DNA of 63,747 nucleotides, the filler included, from Klebsormidium nitens (taxonomy: Eukaryota; Plantae; Klebsormidiophyceae), in the NCBI GenBank assembly GCA_000708835.1. It is 5 parts of 5 records of this genome, joined end to end, with 100 filler letters (N's around TTAATTAATTAA, not from the genome) between each part and the next. Parts side by side here need not be neighbours in the genome. Positions count along the whole stretch, not along the records: positions 21,183 to 50,273 come from DF237800.1; 4 more parts are not named here. One strand, 5' to 3'. Positions within the stretch are counted from its first letter, which is position 1, and each line of letters begins with the position of its first letter. Positions 37,801 through 50,200 of the stretch are shown piece by piece. Below the pieces are notes generated by a model. The model searched no databases and was not told where the DNA came from. It saw nothing but the letters and a program-made list of their open reading frames with translations. A program made the translations under genes and the position numbers.

Positions 37801-40800
37801 AGATTTGATCACGAAGCCCAGTTTTAGCATCATAGCCGGCTTTTTAACGCGAGCTTGACTCATCAGGTCGACAAGACATCTACACCTGCTCCAGAAGAAA
37901 CACAAACGATCTGATATAGGCACCTATGTTGCTCCGTCGTGTATAAGCTATCACCTGAATCGGTTGAAGAAACTAGGACGTCTGAGATTATAGTCAGAGC
38001 GGCCCAAGGATCCTGTATGAGCAGTAGAGAATCCGTAAACTGTAGCAGAGGAAGACCAGTGGACGGAGTAAGAGCAAGCAAATGAGCACATCATGGCGAG
38101 TGAAAGGCGTCAAGAGGGACACGCGTGCAAATACTGGGGCTGATACCTCGAAGCACAGCTTCGTTATCGCCAAACTCTGACAAAATTCAACGGCGTGAAA
38201 GCCGACTCCGGTAATCCAGAATGTGTCAACGAAATGGCCAAAGCATCGAATTGAGGGACAAGGCCCATACTCTGAAGCAATCTCGTCAAAGCCACTCGTT
38301 CAAGCAATTTAAAAGATTCCGAATAGGATGAGAACGATTCTAGACAGTTCGAATAGAACGGCGTCAGAATTTCTCCTAAAACACGAGGATTGGTGCCTAA
38401 CCCCGAAGCATCGCTTGTCATAGCCTTTCGATCAAGCAGTTCACTAGTTTCCAAAGCAGAAGAACGACTCGATTCTAGACCATGGTGACTGTACGGCGTC
38501 AGAGCTTTTCTCAACCTAGAAGGTTGGGGCTTACATCCCAAAGTACCGCTTATCATAGCCACTCCGAGTCGATCGCGACATTTGGATATTAAAGAGTCAT
38601 ACGATGAGAAAAGGGTCTCTTCGTGCAATTTAAAGTATGCCCATAAAGCTGGAGCCTCCGCGATCGGCTTGATCTGGGCAAAAAGACGCCAGATCAACCG
38701 AGAATTCATGNNNNNNNNNNNNNNNNNNNNNNNNNNNNNNNNNNNNNNNNNNNNNNNNNNNNNNNNNNNNNNNNNNNNNNNNNNNNNNNNNNNNNNNNNN
38801 NNNNNNNNNNNNNNNNNNNNNNNNNNNNNNNNNNNNNNNNNNNNNNNNNNNNNNNNNNNNNNNNNNNNNNNNNNNNNNNNNNNNNNNNNNNNNNNNNNNN
38901 NNNNNNNNNNNNNNNNNNNNNNNNNNNNNNNNNNNNNNNNNNNNNNNNNNNNNNNNNNNNNNNNNNNNNNNNNNNNNNNNNNNNNNNNNNNNNNNNNNNN
39001 NNNNNNNNNNNNNNNNNNNNNNNNNNNNNNNNNNNNNNNNNNNNNNNNNNNNNNNNNNNNNNNNNNNNNNNNNNNNNNNNNNNNNNNNNNNNNNNNNNNN
39101 NNNNNNNNNNNNNNNNNNNNNNNNNNNNNNNNNNNNNNNNNNNNNNNNNNNNNNNNNNNNNNNNNNNNNNNNNNNNNNNNNNNNNNNNNNNNNNNNNNNN
39201 NNNNNNNNNNNNNNNNNNNNNNNNNNNNNNNNNNNNNNNNNNNNNNNNNNNNNNNNNNNNNNNNNNNNNNNNNNNNNNNNNNNNNNNNNNNNNNNNNNNN
39301 NNNNNNNNNNNNNNNNNNNNNNNNNNNNNNNNNNNNNNNNNNNNNNNNNNNNNNNNNNNNNNNNNNNNNNNNNNNNNNNNNNNNNNNNNNNNNNNNNNNN
39401 NNNNNNNNNNNNNNNNNNNNNNNNNNNNNNNNNNNNNNNNNNNNNNNNNNNNNNNNNNNNNNNNNNNNNNNNNNNNNNNNNNNNNNNNNNNNNNNNNNNC
39501 TTGTGTGGTCAAGCATCGGAGCCAAAGTTGGCGAGATTCCCCTTTATTCTGCAGAGGAAACGAAAACGCTCATCGATACCTGACGCTTACGGCAAGCACG
39601 ATAGCATTAGTCTATTCTTGTGTGTCTGGATCGATTGTCAAAAAAATTACACAAACGAAAGGAGAATTTAATTCTAAGTGGCCTCTGCGCGATCGCATTC
39701 AATAGCTTCATTTGAGGGTTGTCGCTCAGCGTGTGCATGGACTCGTCCTGGCCTTGAAACAACGGCAGCACGCAAAGACGTCATGATCAGGATAGCATTC
39801 TTGGATCATCGAATGTGAGCCACCATTACACGGCATGCTTGGCTCTTGAACTCGATTATGCGACTGGACTTAAATTTACGAAGAGTGTCTGCGCCCGATA
39901 CCCTAAAAACCAAAGTCGTGATCAGGGGAGTGCCCACGTTGAACAACAAAACAGGCAATACAATTCTGGAGCTTCCTAACAGAAGATTGCCCACAAAATG
40001 GAGTCTTGTAGCATGGAAAGCCGGATTGTACGGGGGAGAGAGAGTACGGATTTCCGGGCTTCCTGGGCAGAAGTGGCAACAGTTTTGCAGTCAATTATGG
40101 GTACCTGATGATTCTGCACAGAGAAGAGTGGGCGAGAGAAAGGAAAGCAGAATGAGCAGACCCTGATGATAAAATTGTGGCGTCATAGAAACCGACGGTT
40201 GGAGCTGATCAGACCCCAAATCCCAAATGTCGAAGCCAGGATTGAGTAGGTGATGACAAGAAGTACCCACTCCCGACCCGCGTACTACAATTGCAGCACG
40301 AGGTGACGTGAGGGCAACGCCGGCAGAAATTTTACCGGTACGTCGACTTGTAGCCAAGAATGCGAGAAGCGTTTGGGTCTCGGCCATAATAAACGAACAG
40401 AATTGCGGTACGAGTAGGGACCAAGGCTTCAATTATTCGCTTTTGGTTTAGTCACTGCCCACAAAGAGGGAACACAGATTTGGGCGCTGAGGGAACAACT
40501 CGAAGGCCGCAAAAGTGAAGGGAGATAGAGTATAACAACTTGCAGGCCATCTGCAATTGGAAAGCAACCTTTTTTATGTCGTGCCAAAGAAGGATTCGTA
40601 ACTCGCCGCCCACAGCTTTTAGTACCCTGGAGCGCACGCACGTACGTGATTCGAAGACGCCCCGCCAAGCTTCAAAACATGAAGGCAGAAACCACTGCTG
40701 GTGCGACGCGTCCAGATTACAGTTGGTGAAGAATAGGGATGAAAAGGGCATGAATACTGCTTTTTGGAGATTCCTATTAATGGGCGCTCTAAGTGGCGTG

Positions 40801-42850
40801 CATTCCGCGGGCCTGCGCGTGCTCGTGGCTTCAGAATGTCGAACGACACGCTCCGATCCATTATTGGGGCCAATTGAACCCCATACTAGTTCGCTTCACC
40901 TGGCAGCTTGGTCTGCCGATAATTCATCGCCACAGGTGCAGGTTTTGAGAACAGAAGGCTGCTGATCATGGGATGAAATAATTAGGGGACCGTAAGCGTG
41001 GAAAGAAGTCCGATTGCAGATTTACATCTGCAGACAGTCCACCGGGTACTTTACCGCTGACACGGCCATGCTCGGGCCTCTTCAACGCAAGGACATGCAC
41101 ATGTTGTTTCGACGGAGTGTTTGATACGTTCTGAAAAGGCATGCCGGTGGCGTCCAGTATATACCGTCGAAACCCACCAATTTTGCACCTAATGCATGCA
41201 GACGTACTGGTGCTGCAACATGTTGAACCTGTATTTAACGGGCCCGAGATGCCGTCTTCTTCGCAACTACCAGGGCCGCGCGCCAGCCTGCGGGCTGCAA
41301 ACTAGGCCGCTAGCGCGCCCACGAGTCCGTCCGCGGCCGCTACGGCCGAAGCCCATTCCGGCGGAAGCCAATTTCGCCAGGCGCTGGCCAGATTAGTTGA
41401 CTTGACAGGACAGAAGCGAATGGGGCGTCACCCAGAATGGACTCTGCTGCTCTCCGCAGAGCTGATTTAAAGCACGTACTGGCAATGATGTGGTTTGTTC
41501 TTCCTAATTGTCTTGCTTCACGATGGCTGACCGATCTACGATGCAAGCAACTCTGTGAGAAGGGGGGCGCCGCTGTTGTCAATTGTGATTGCCTAATAAG
41601 TACGTACCAAATGGCATCAGGATCTCTGCACATCTGTCCGCTCTGTCTCAGCCGGGCACGAGACAAGCGCGGAACCCATCAGAGCCAACCTTTTATCACC
41701 TTAAAATAGACAGGCTGTGATTTATACGTAGCACTGACAATCTGATCAAACAAAATGCAGGAGCATGTAGCGGACGCTTCCGAGACAGGTTGCATAGGAT
41801 TGCGACGGATGCGAAGCATATGAGAAAGGATTGCATTTGCCCACACCGCTGGCCTTCTTATGAACAGTTCATAACGTCGAGCTTTTTTGTTTGTGTGGGC
41901 AAACAATCCTACGTGCCTTCTTAGCGTGTCGGACCCACAGAAAGAGCAACAGACGCGGAACAGATGACCACCTGGCATGATCGGGGTGATCGACGAGTTG
42001 CTTCTCTGAGAGTGGCGGGTACGCCTCTCGAGGCACTAAACGGCTTCACAGACTGGTCAATAGACTTATGGGCCAAAATTGAAGCGCGAAACCCAGTTGC
42101 GTAGCATCATTGCCGACTTTAAACACGAGTTTGACTCAACGAATCAACAGAACAGCTCTATCTGCTGTATGAGAAGAAACACAAGGGATATGAGTTGGGC
42201 ACCAACGTTTGCTCAGTCTCAAATAGAGTGTAAGACAAAGCCCTCTGGTTGCAAAATCCGCGCCATTGGAGATCGTAGCTGGAGCGGGCAACCGATCCCA
42301 TATGTGCACCAGAGACTCGGTTAAATGCAGCAGATAGAGACGAGTTGCGTAATAAGGGCAAGGAAGTGAGCAGATGTTGATGGGGTAGACGGCTTCAGAG
42401 GAGACGGGTGGAAGAGAACTAGTGGGCCTAATGCCTCGGGGCACCGCTTCTTCGTAGCCAAACTCTCGTATGATTGAAAAGCGCAAACACAAAACAAGCC
42501 GACGCTTAGCAGATTCAGAACGTGTTAAGGAAATGGCACCACACCAAAGAAACATCTGACTGAGGGATAAGGCCCAAACTCCGAAGAACCGCTTGTCATA
42601 GCAATTCTCACATTTAAAAGCTTCGAAACCAGGAAGAAGAACGATTGTGGACCTTGCTAACTGAACGGCGTCAAAGATATCCTGGTAAGAGAGACTTGGG
42701 GCTTACACCCCGAAGCACCGCTTCTCATAGCCACTCGATCGGGAGATTTGAAAGCCTCCATGCAAAATGGAAGAGGGGACTCTCCATGCAAGCAAAAGTG
42801 TGCCCAGAAGGCCGGAGCCTCCACGACCGGCTTGACCTGGGCGACAAAGC
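22870..42850. repeat. Higher-order (kb-scale) diverged segmental duplications
   Basis: 22870-23260 ~ 28430-28820; 24620-25250 ~ 26820-27520 ~ 29740-30330; 35560-36700 ~ 40430-41750; 37690-37990 ~ 41960-42240. All in direct orientation and rich in indels. Confidence 0.85.
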
Positions 42851-45800
42851 CACATCAACTAACTGATTTAGGATGCCATTTCTGGCATCAGAGCTTAAAA
42901 CTTACCAAGAATCCCTCTTATTGGAGGAAACGAAAAGGGTCATCAATGCCTGACGTTCACAGCAAGCGCGATACCATCAGTGTATTCTTGTACGGCTGGA
43001 TTGACTTTTGACTTGGAAGTCATTGAACGAAGAAGGAAATTATGCAGGGCGGCCTCCGCGCGTTCGCATGAAACCTCATCTGAGTTGTCCCTCAGCACGC
43101 GCATCGAATCGTCTTGGCCAAGCCTGACACATCTGCCCGCAGGCCTAGCTGCTGCACAGCAGCGACCTGGCGGTGCGTCAGAAGGCCTCTAAGGCTGCCA
43201 GCGAGCTGCAGCTGGCCACTGCGGAGAGCAGGGCCGGTTGAGTGCAGCCGTCAACCTGCTGACTAGACCATTGACTTTGAGCCGTGATTGCAAGGCATGC
43301 TTGGCTCTTGTCTTGATCGACGCGGCTGGATATGCAAATCGCGCGATACCCAAAAGAACCACCTCCAACTTTTCAAAGAACTGCCCACAATCAGTAAGGG
43401 ACAAAGCAGCTCAGTGGGCAGCCAGTGAACAACTCTCAGGCTTCAAGGTGCAGAGTGCCCACTAAGGGGAGATTCCTTTCTATGAGTAGAATTTAAAGAC
43501 GCGCTGGCCTGCTCAGGAGTCAGCCATCTCGATAAATTGAGTTCCTGCGTGGCTTTTCATTGTTCGACGCGCCCGGCAAACCTGCAACAAAGGAGCCATG
43601 CAGATCGACGACCACGTGAGTGGATCAAGGCAGTTGACGAACCCGCCCAATGTAGCGAGTCCCTCGGTAAGCCATCTGGAACAAAGCACTGAACAGCTCC
43701 GGATACTGATCGCCTTTGATCATTGGGCAAAATCAATCGAAGCCCAGATGTATACCAAGCATGGCCAACTTTGACGCCGGAAGCTCGACTCACAAGATCG
43801 ATGAAATACTTCAATCATGCTGAAAAGTAACCTGGGGGATTTGCATGGCACTTGTGGTGCTTTAAAATCGTTGTTCAACTTGTGACTAAGTTTGTCGAAG
43901 ACGCTCCAACGTGCCCCAGCAAGAGATGGCAGCAGAGCGGGCGGGTCTTCGAAACGTGGAAAAGCAATAGGTTGCTCCAGAGAAAGACGAGTGGGAGTCG
44001 AGGACTGTGGAAGCAGATGAGCAGGCCAAGCTTGTGACATGGCGTCAGATAAAACGGTATCAGAGGCTTGGGGCTTACACCCCAAATCGCTCGTTCTAGC
44101 CAGAAAAACTGCGAATGAAAGGGTTATGAGAACAACGCGGACCGACTGTGGGCAGACCATGCTGATGACATAGTTTCAGAACTTGCTTTCTGACCAAACA
44201 CGGGCCTCGTAATTCACTGGCACTGCTCTTTATTGCCAAGTGATGACATTATTTGAAGCGTCGATGCAACAAAGAAGACAGACTCTGATAAAGACAAATG
44301 TCGACGTCACTGAGAGCAAATGTCGGCGTCACTGAGAGCGAACAGCTATTGGGCCTTAATCCCAAATTGATCTCATAGCCACTTGCTGGCGGGTGTCAGA
44401 AACCTGGAAACCCGACGAAAAGCAGACCGTGCTGATGAAACGGCTTCAAACTCTGATCTTCTAAATCTGGGCCAAAGCGATTAAAGCCCAGATCATGCAT
44501 AGCGTCATAGCCGACGTTGGAAACGAGCTTGACTGACCGGATCAACGAAACAGCTTCGTTAGCTCAAGGACCTCCAAGTCTTGAAACTAGCAGCTTTAAC
44601 GCTCTGTTATGAACATCTTACGCTCCACCTTGTTCTTTGTTGCAGACGCTGCAATGTGCCGCAAGGAGAAAGTGCTGCTAAATCGCAGGCGACGGATCCC
44701 GTACAAATGCGGAGACACCATCACTTACAACAGAGAATTCTAGTGATCGAGGAAAGAGGAAGCAAGTGAGCGGACTGCCGGTGCTAGCAAACGCGGCGTG
44801 CTGGGAAAAGGGCGTCAGAGCAGGGCGTCCAGCTTGTGGGGCTTATACCCGCCAGAGGTTTTTCATAGCCACATGTTCCCGTGATCAAAATAAGAACAAC
44901 TTAATTGGACAAAAAATAACGAGGAAGCCCAACTTTTCTAAGCAGACACTACTGAGGAGATGGTGTTACAGCAATCCTCTTTGACCGAAGAAAGGGCCTC
45001 ATACTCCGAAGCACGGTTTGTTGTCGCCACTTGTTTGCCCAATCAACAAGGCGTCAGAAAAACGAGGAAAGTCGGACTCTACGTAAGCAAACCTTGCCGA
45101 TGAAAGGTGCCAAAGCTTAACTTTCTGACCGCGGATCAATTGGGAGGCTCAATATTACCCGAGCACGGTTCGTCATGGAAAAGTTACTGCTTGCGCAATC
45201 AACACCCTCTGCGTCAACACAGCGAAAAAAGACGACTCCACCCTATATATTCTAGGCAGATCTTGCTGGTGACGTGACGTCCAAGGAGCAACTACGGGAT
45301 CGAGGCTCATATCCCGAAGCACGGTTTGTCATAGCCACCCTTTATGTGACTCTTCAAAACGGCCGAAAGAAACCGAAGACCAACTTCAAGTCAGTCGTGA
45401 TAATGGGACATGGGGTCGGAGGAGACGACAAACAATGGGTCTCATGAGCCTATGCACGGGCTTTTTACGGCCACTTGTACACGTGGAAAATCAAAGGCGT
45501 GCAAACAACGAACCGCGTCGACTTTGAGTGGAGAGCATGAAAAAATGGTGTCAGAACACCTCGCCGAATCTGAGGCTCATACCCCAAGCATCGCCTCTAA
45601 TAGCCACCGTTGCAACTTAATTCTAAGGCGTCAGAATAGCAAGTTACTAAAAGATGGGCCTCAGCCGGAAGCAAGAGTTCTCACAGCCATTCTCATATTA
45701 TTTCAGGCTTCAGAATAAAGGAGAGGACCGGCTTACCGAGCAGACTGTGCTTCGGAGATGGCGTCAGAGGAAGGGGGCTCATTACCCAAAGCACGGGTTG

Positions 45801-48800
45801 TCACAGCCCCTTGTTAACATTGTTAGAACGACAAAGAAGGTTGTTCAAAGTGACGAAGCAGACCGTGCAGGTAAAATGGCGTCAGAGCAGTGTTGGTACC
45901 CTGCGTCAGAGCGATGTATGTCCTTCGAGGCGCGGTTCAAATGTCATTGCCATATTTTCATCCAGATTCCAAGTTTTTGAGATGGAAAGAAGACCAGCTT
46001 CTAAGGCAGTTTGGGTCGATAGAGTGGCTTCAGACGAGGCAGGAGAAGTGCTCCTAATGCAGAGGCACGGCTGGTCATAGCCAAGTGTCTACGTCACTGA
46101 GAAGCGTCCAATCCAAGAAAAAACCAATCTTAAGCAGACCGCGGCGTTCAATGGCGTCAGAGCAAATCTACACCGAAAGATGGGGCTTATACCCCGAAGC
46201 AATTGCCGTCATTGCCCATTCGCCATGCAATCCAGAAGGGCGTCCAATGGAGAAGGAGAAAGAATTTGTGCAATCGTGCTACTGCATTCAATGGCGTCAG
46301 AGCTTTGAGAAAAAGAAGAAATTACTGGGGTATCAACCCGCAGCACCGTTCATCATAGCCACTTGTTCGCGTGAATTTGAAGCGTCCAAAAACGGAACAG
46401 GAGGATTATCCATGCAAGCAAAGTTGTGCACCAATTTAAGGTTGAAGTCGTCAGGAACGGCCTCCCCCTCGGGCGCTCTGCCGTGACACATCAGGACTGC
46501 TCTGCTTTGCCTTCAAGACTCGCTGTCGATCAAGCCAATAATCTGCTTGCTTGGGGCTGGCTCGACACCGATCCTTGACCAATTAGTCGTCAACAACCAG
46601 AGGGGCCGAAGTTTGACGCCGCCGGTTTCGTTAAGCTCGTGCTTGACGTTAGTGGCAAAGTGGTGATAGTAAACTGTGAAAAGACAACTCCTTTCGACCC
46701 TGCAAAGCTTCAGGGCTACAGGCATTGCGTTCGAAATGGTGTGCCTAGATCTTGTTCGGCAAGCAGTGCCGCTCAACTCTGTTATATTTGACGTCGTCTA
46801 GTTGGGGCGTATTGCAAGTCAGCAGACCGTCATCCGAGGTCATATGGTGGCTCCGTTTACCACCGGTGTCATATCTTCTTCATCCTGTGAAGATATTGTT
46901 GCCAGCTTGGTCATCGTCAATGCCTTCTTTCCTGGCCAAGAAGCATGCACTTCGCAAGGCAGCATCAATGGTTTGACAGACAATCACTGAGTTTGCTCGG
47001 GGACTGCTTCAACGTACAAGAAAAGAGCCGAGTGAGTCCAATCTTATCCCAGATTCAAAACCAAAGGTCGTAACGAGAAGGGACACCCACCACTTCTACC
47101 CGGGGTCTCAACGCGTGAATCCGCAGTGCGTAGGTTCCCCGAGTATCAGCAAGTATTGCAACCTTTGAAACTCTCCAAGGCGGGCATCAGAAAAAGCATA
47201 TCTTCTCTACTGAGGAGGATTGCAAAACGCTCGTCATTGCCTGACATACTCATATCCAGCGGTGACAAGCGGTTATATCAGAGAATCATCAAAGGGTCAC
47301 CCTCTTCCCACCTCCTAAATTCGACAAAAACAAAAGCAAAAGCGAGACGAAAGCAGAGGCGGCATCTGCACCAAGAACGCACTTTTGGAGGAACGTCCCT
47401 CAGCGCGCCACATTGAGTCGTCTTAGCCGTGTACTAGATTGAAGCACATGTGGAGACGGATTGATAGGGTCACCTGGAATTGGACCGGTCGACTCTCTCC
47501 TCTGTTGGAAGGTCTAAGCCCCAACTGATTCGAGTAAATTGGCCAGGAACAATCGAGTGAGCGCACAGCCTCAACGACTCGCTTACAATTTAGCAACGCC
47601 CCCGAAGAGGGAAGCAGACTCTGGGCAGGGATGACCGGCTCTTTAAGGAACACGTGTGCCGCGTGGATCAAGATCTGTTCCGGCTGCTTATTGTGGCTCT
47701 AGGGGCCTCACAGTACAGACAAGATGGAATCAAATTCTTGAAAAAGGGCGACAAGAAAACCAGGCGTGCCGGCTGTCTTTTGACTCACACAGGATCGGCA
47801 AAGGTCCTACGATTTACTTTCAAACAGCAAAGGAAAGGTACCACAGAGATGGCTTTCCGTCCTTCGGCCTCAGAAGACGAGAGCGCAAAATCGTCCTAGT
47901 TTCAAGAAACGCGAACGGATAAAATCCTTTCTTGTGTCAAAAGGGCTGCCTAACGTTAGCCTGGCCTTTCAGGCCTTCTCACCAGAGCCGATGATGAGGC
48001 AGAAATTGATTGCAATGACCTCAAATACGAAGGTCCTCGTCATGGCCACAGCATGTCCTTCCCGCAACTCTTGATAACGTTGAAAGAAAGGATCTCAAGC
48101 TCGCAAGCCGAGGTAGAAAGACAATAAATCACACGCAACCTTGAAGAACGGCAAAGACGTTCGTCTAATGTCAGCGAATTATCTTCCGGCACTTCAAATG
48201 CCGGCAGAAAAGTGGGACCTTGTCACGAGCAAAAGGAGACCGTTCGCGGCTTCGTTCGGAGTACCAGAAGCCGACAGGGAAGACCAACAGCTACTGTCTT
48301 GGCCTCCAGACTCAGCGTCCGACTCTTGACTCGCTGCTAGTCCGTCAGAATTGTCACGCACTACCTTATTGATTGCTAGTCCCACTAAACGAACAGCCCA
48401 GCTCAAACAGAGGTCATGGATGGCTCGACAGGTCATGATCAATCTGATGGCGTGAGTGGCATGTATATGTGCACTCGGAATGCCAAGCTGAGACGGACAA
48501 ACACGACGGTCTTCCACAATTTCGGGCCCCAGTCTTCAGAAAAGGGGAGATGAAACGTGGGCCACCGCATGCATTTCTGCGCAGCCATCCAAACTGCAGA
48601 CATATCTTCTTTCAAGTGTGTCCGCAGAGGGGACTCGACTCTCGAGTTGGACAATCGACGAAGTCTGATTCGATCCGATTTGACCCAGTACTGCTTGCTC
48701 CAAAGGCGTCGGTGCATGCAATGAAAGTTTACAGTAAAATTTACGTGGCCCACCGTCGGGTTTATTAGTTTCTAATCCATTCCCTCAGAGAAAACTCTGT

Positions 48801-50200
48801 GGATTCCAGATCGTAAAAGGTCCTTGCTTGTCTAGCGGCATCAACAGCGACGGCAATGCTGAGCTGAAGTCTGAGTGTTGTCGACATCATTGCCTTCATT
48901 CTTACAGCAATTTTCATACTTCACTAGTATGAGAAGACCACACCATACACTCGCATAAACTGAATTTCGCCTTGCGACTCAAACCCAAGGTCCATAAGAT
49001 GCACAGGCTCTCTAATTCCAAGCTGAGGGATGCGTCACGTTTATCCCTTGCATCAACAAGAAGCTCTTCTGCAAGGAGCCGCAACACTTCCCATGAGCGG
49101 GTAGAAGAAAAGGACGCCGCAAAAGAAACAACACAGTAAAACGGTTGCGATCGTGGGACAGAAACAGTATCTGAGGACACACCAATGCTTCTTGAGATGG
49201 TGAGACCCCAATGCAGGTTCTCGCATCTCATCCACGTCTCCTACTAAACCAGCTACTTGTAAGTTACAAAACAAAAGTGAGACCCTGCAAGCCGATCAGA
49301 AGTAGCGTGGTGTCTGTCAGAAGTTGCGGGAGCCGTATCAACCCTTGGTTGACAAACACAAAGAGGAAACACCTTACTTGAAGCACGTCACTGGCAATAC
49401 AAGACTTCCCACTCGGTGTCATCTAACCAGTGGCGGCGTCAGAAGATCGCACCTTCTCGGTTTCAGGGTGGCGAGCCTCACCGAGAGCAGTTCTCGTCAC
49501 AGCCGCACTCTCGCCCATAATTGCGTCTCAATCGAACGGCTGTTTTCGTCCAAAAAGAAGGCGAGAGAAGAAGAAAGAGGAACAGAACTTGCGTCAGACT
49601 GCACATGCTGGAACGCACAAACTCATTATACTCGAGTACGAATTCGGAGACCAAAAATGGGGAAGCGAGAACTTGGCCTTGACTTGCAGCAACATCAACT
49701 TTACAGCTTTACAATGTAAACGATCGAATCATAAGGCTTGCGCAATGGTTCTTGTATAATTAATCCTGCCGAAGTCAATAGAATCGTGCTTCCATGTCAT
49801 CTGATCTGCACATGATGACGTCAGCTGGCCCATCCACGTCGTCATCGTTTGCGTGGGTCATACTGTCATTGTGGGGCTCATACCCCGACGCTCGGCCTGA
49901 CATAGCCGATTGTTCACGTAACACAAAGCGTCAAAATAACGATGAAGACCGACTCTAAGCAGACCGTGCTGGTCGCGTGGCGTCAGCAGTCTTCTGGCCG
50001 AATTGGGGCTGATCAATATCTCGAAGCACGACTTGTCACAGCCACTACTTCACGCAACGAGGCGTCCGCTCGAGGCCGAGGACGGTAACCGTGAAAAGCT
50101 TGATGTTACAAAAGCGTCAGAGCTTTTTTGGAAAAGCAAGTCTGGGGCTCAAACCCCGGAGCACAGCTTCTCATAGCCACTTGTCCATGTGACTTCAAAG
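23190..50200. repeat. Clustered array of roughly 40-50 degenerate ~135-140-bp monomers
   Basis: Consensus AAGCAGACCGTGCTGATGAAATGGCGTCAGAG-N15-35-TGGGGCTCATACCCCGAAGCACCGCTTGTCATAGCCACTTGTTC. Examples of period: 24334/24469, 26472/26611, 38360/38496, 42534/42667, 46153/46292, 49979/50113. Clusters at 24.3-24.8, 25.8-27.0, 29.4-29.9, 33.2-33.4, 34.6-35.1, 38.1-38.6, 42.4-42.8, 44.0-46.4 and 49.4-50.2 kb. Confidence 0.9.

Noticed and set aside
38164-39583. Long ORFs of 268-453 aa in the ORF track
   Set aside because: They are open only because they run through the 790-N gap (38711-39500).
24590-44450. Hammerhead ribozyme/retrozyme (CTGATGA..hairpin..GAAG..GTC)
   Set aside because: CTGATGA is intact in only a few copies, GAAA is usually GAAG or AAAG, and the sequence after the GTC cannot pair with that before CTGA to form stem I.
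46500-49300. Possible gene fragments between monomer clusters
   Set aside because: No consistent exon chain or recognisable domain could be built on either strand.
23190-50200. CRISPR-like repeat-spacer array
   Set aside because: Repeats are highly degenerate and bipartite, the period is ~135-140 bp, inserts are inherited through block duplications rather than unique, no cas genes are present, and the context is eukaryotic.
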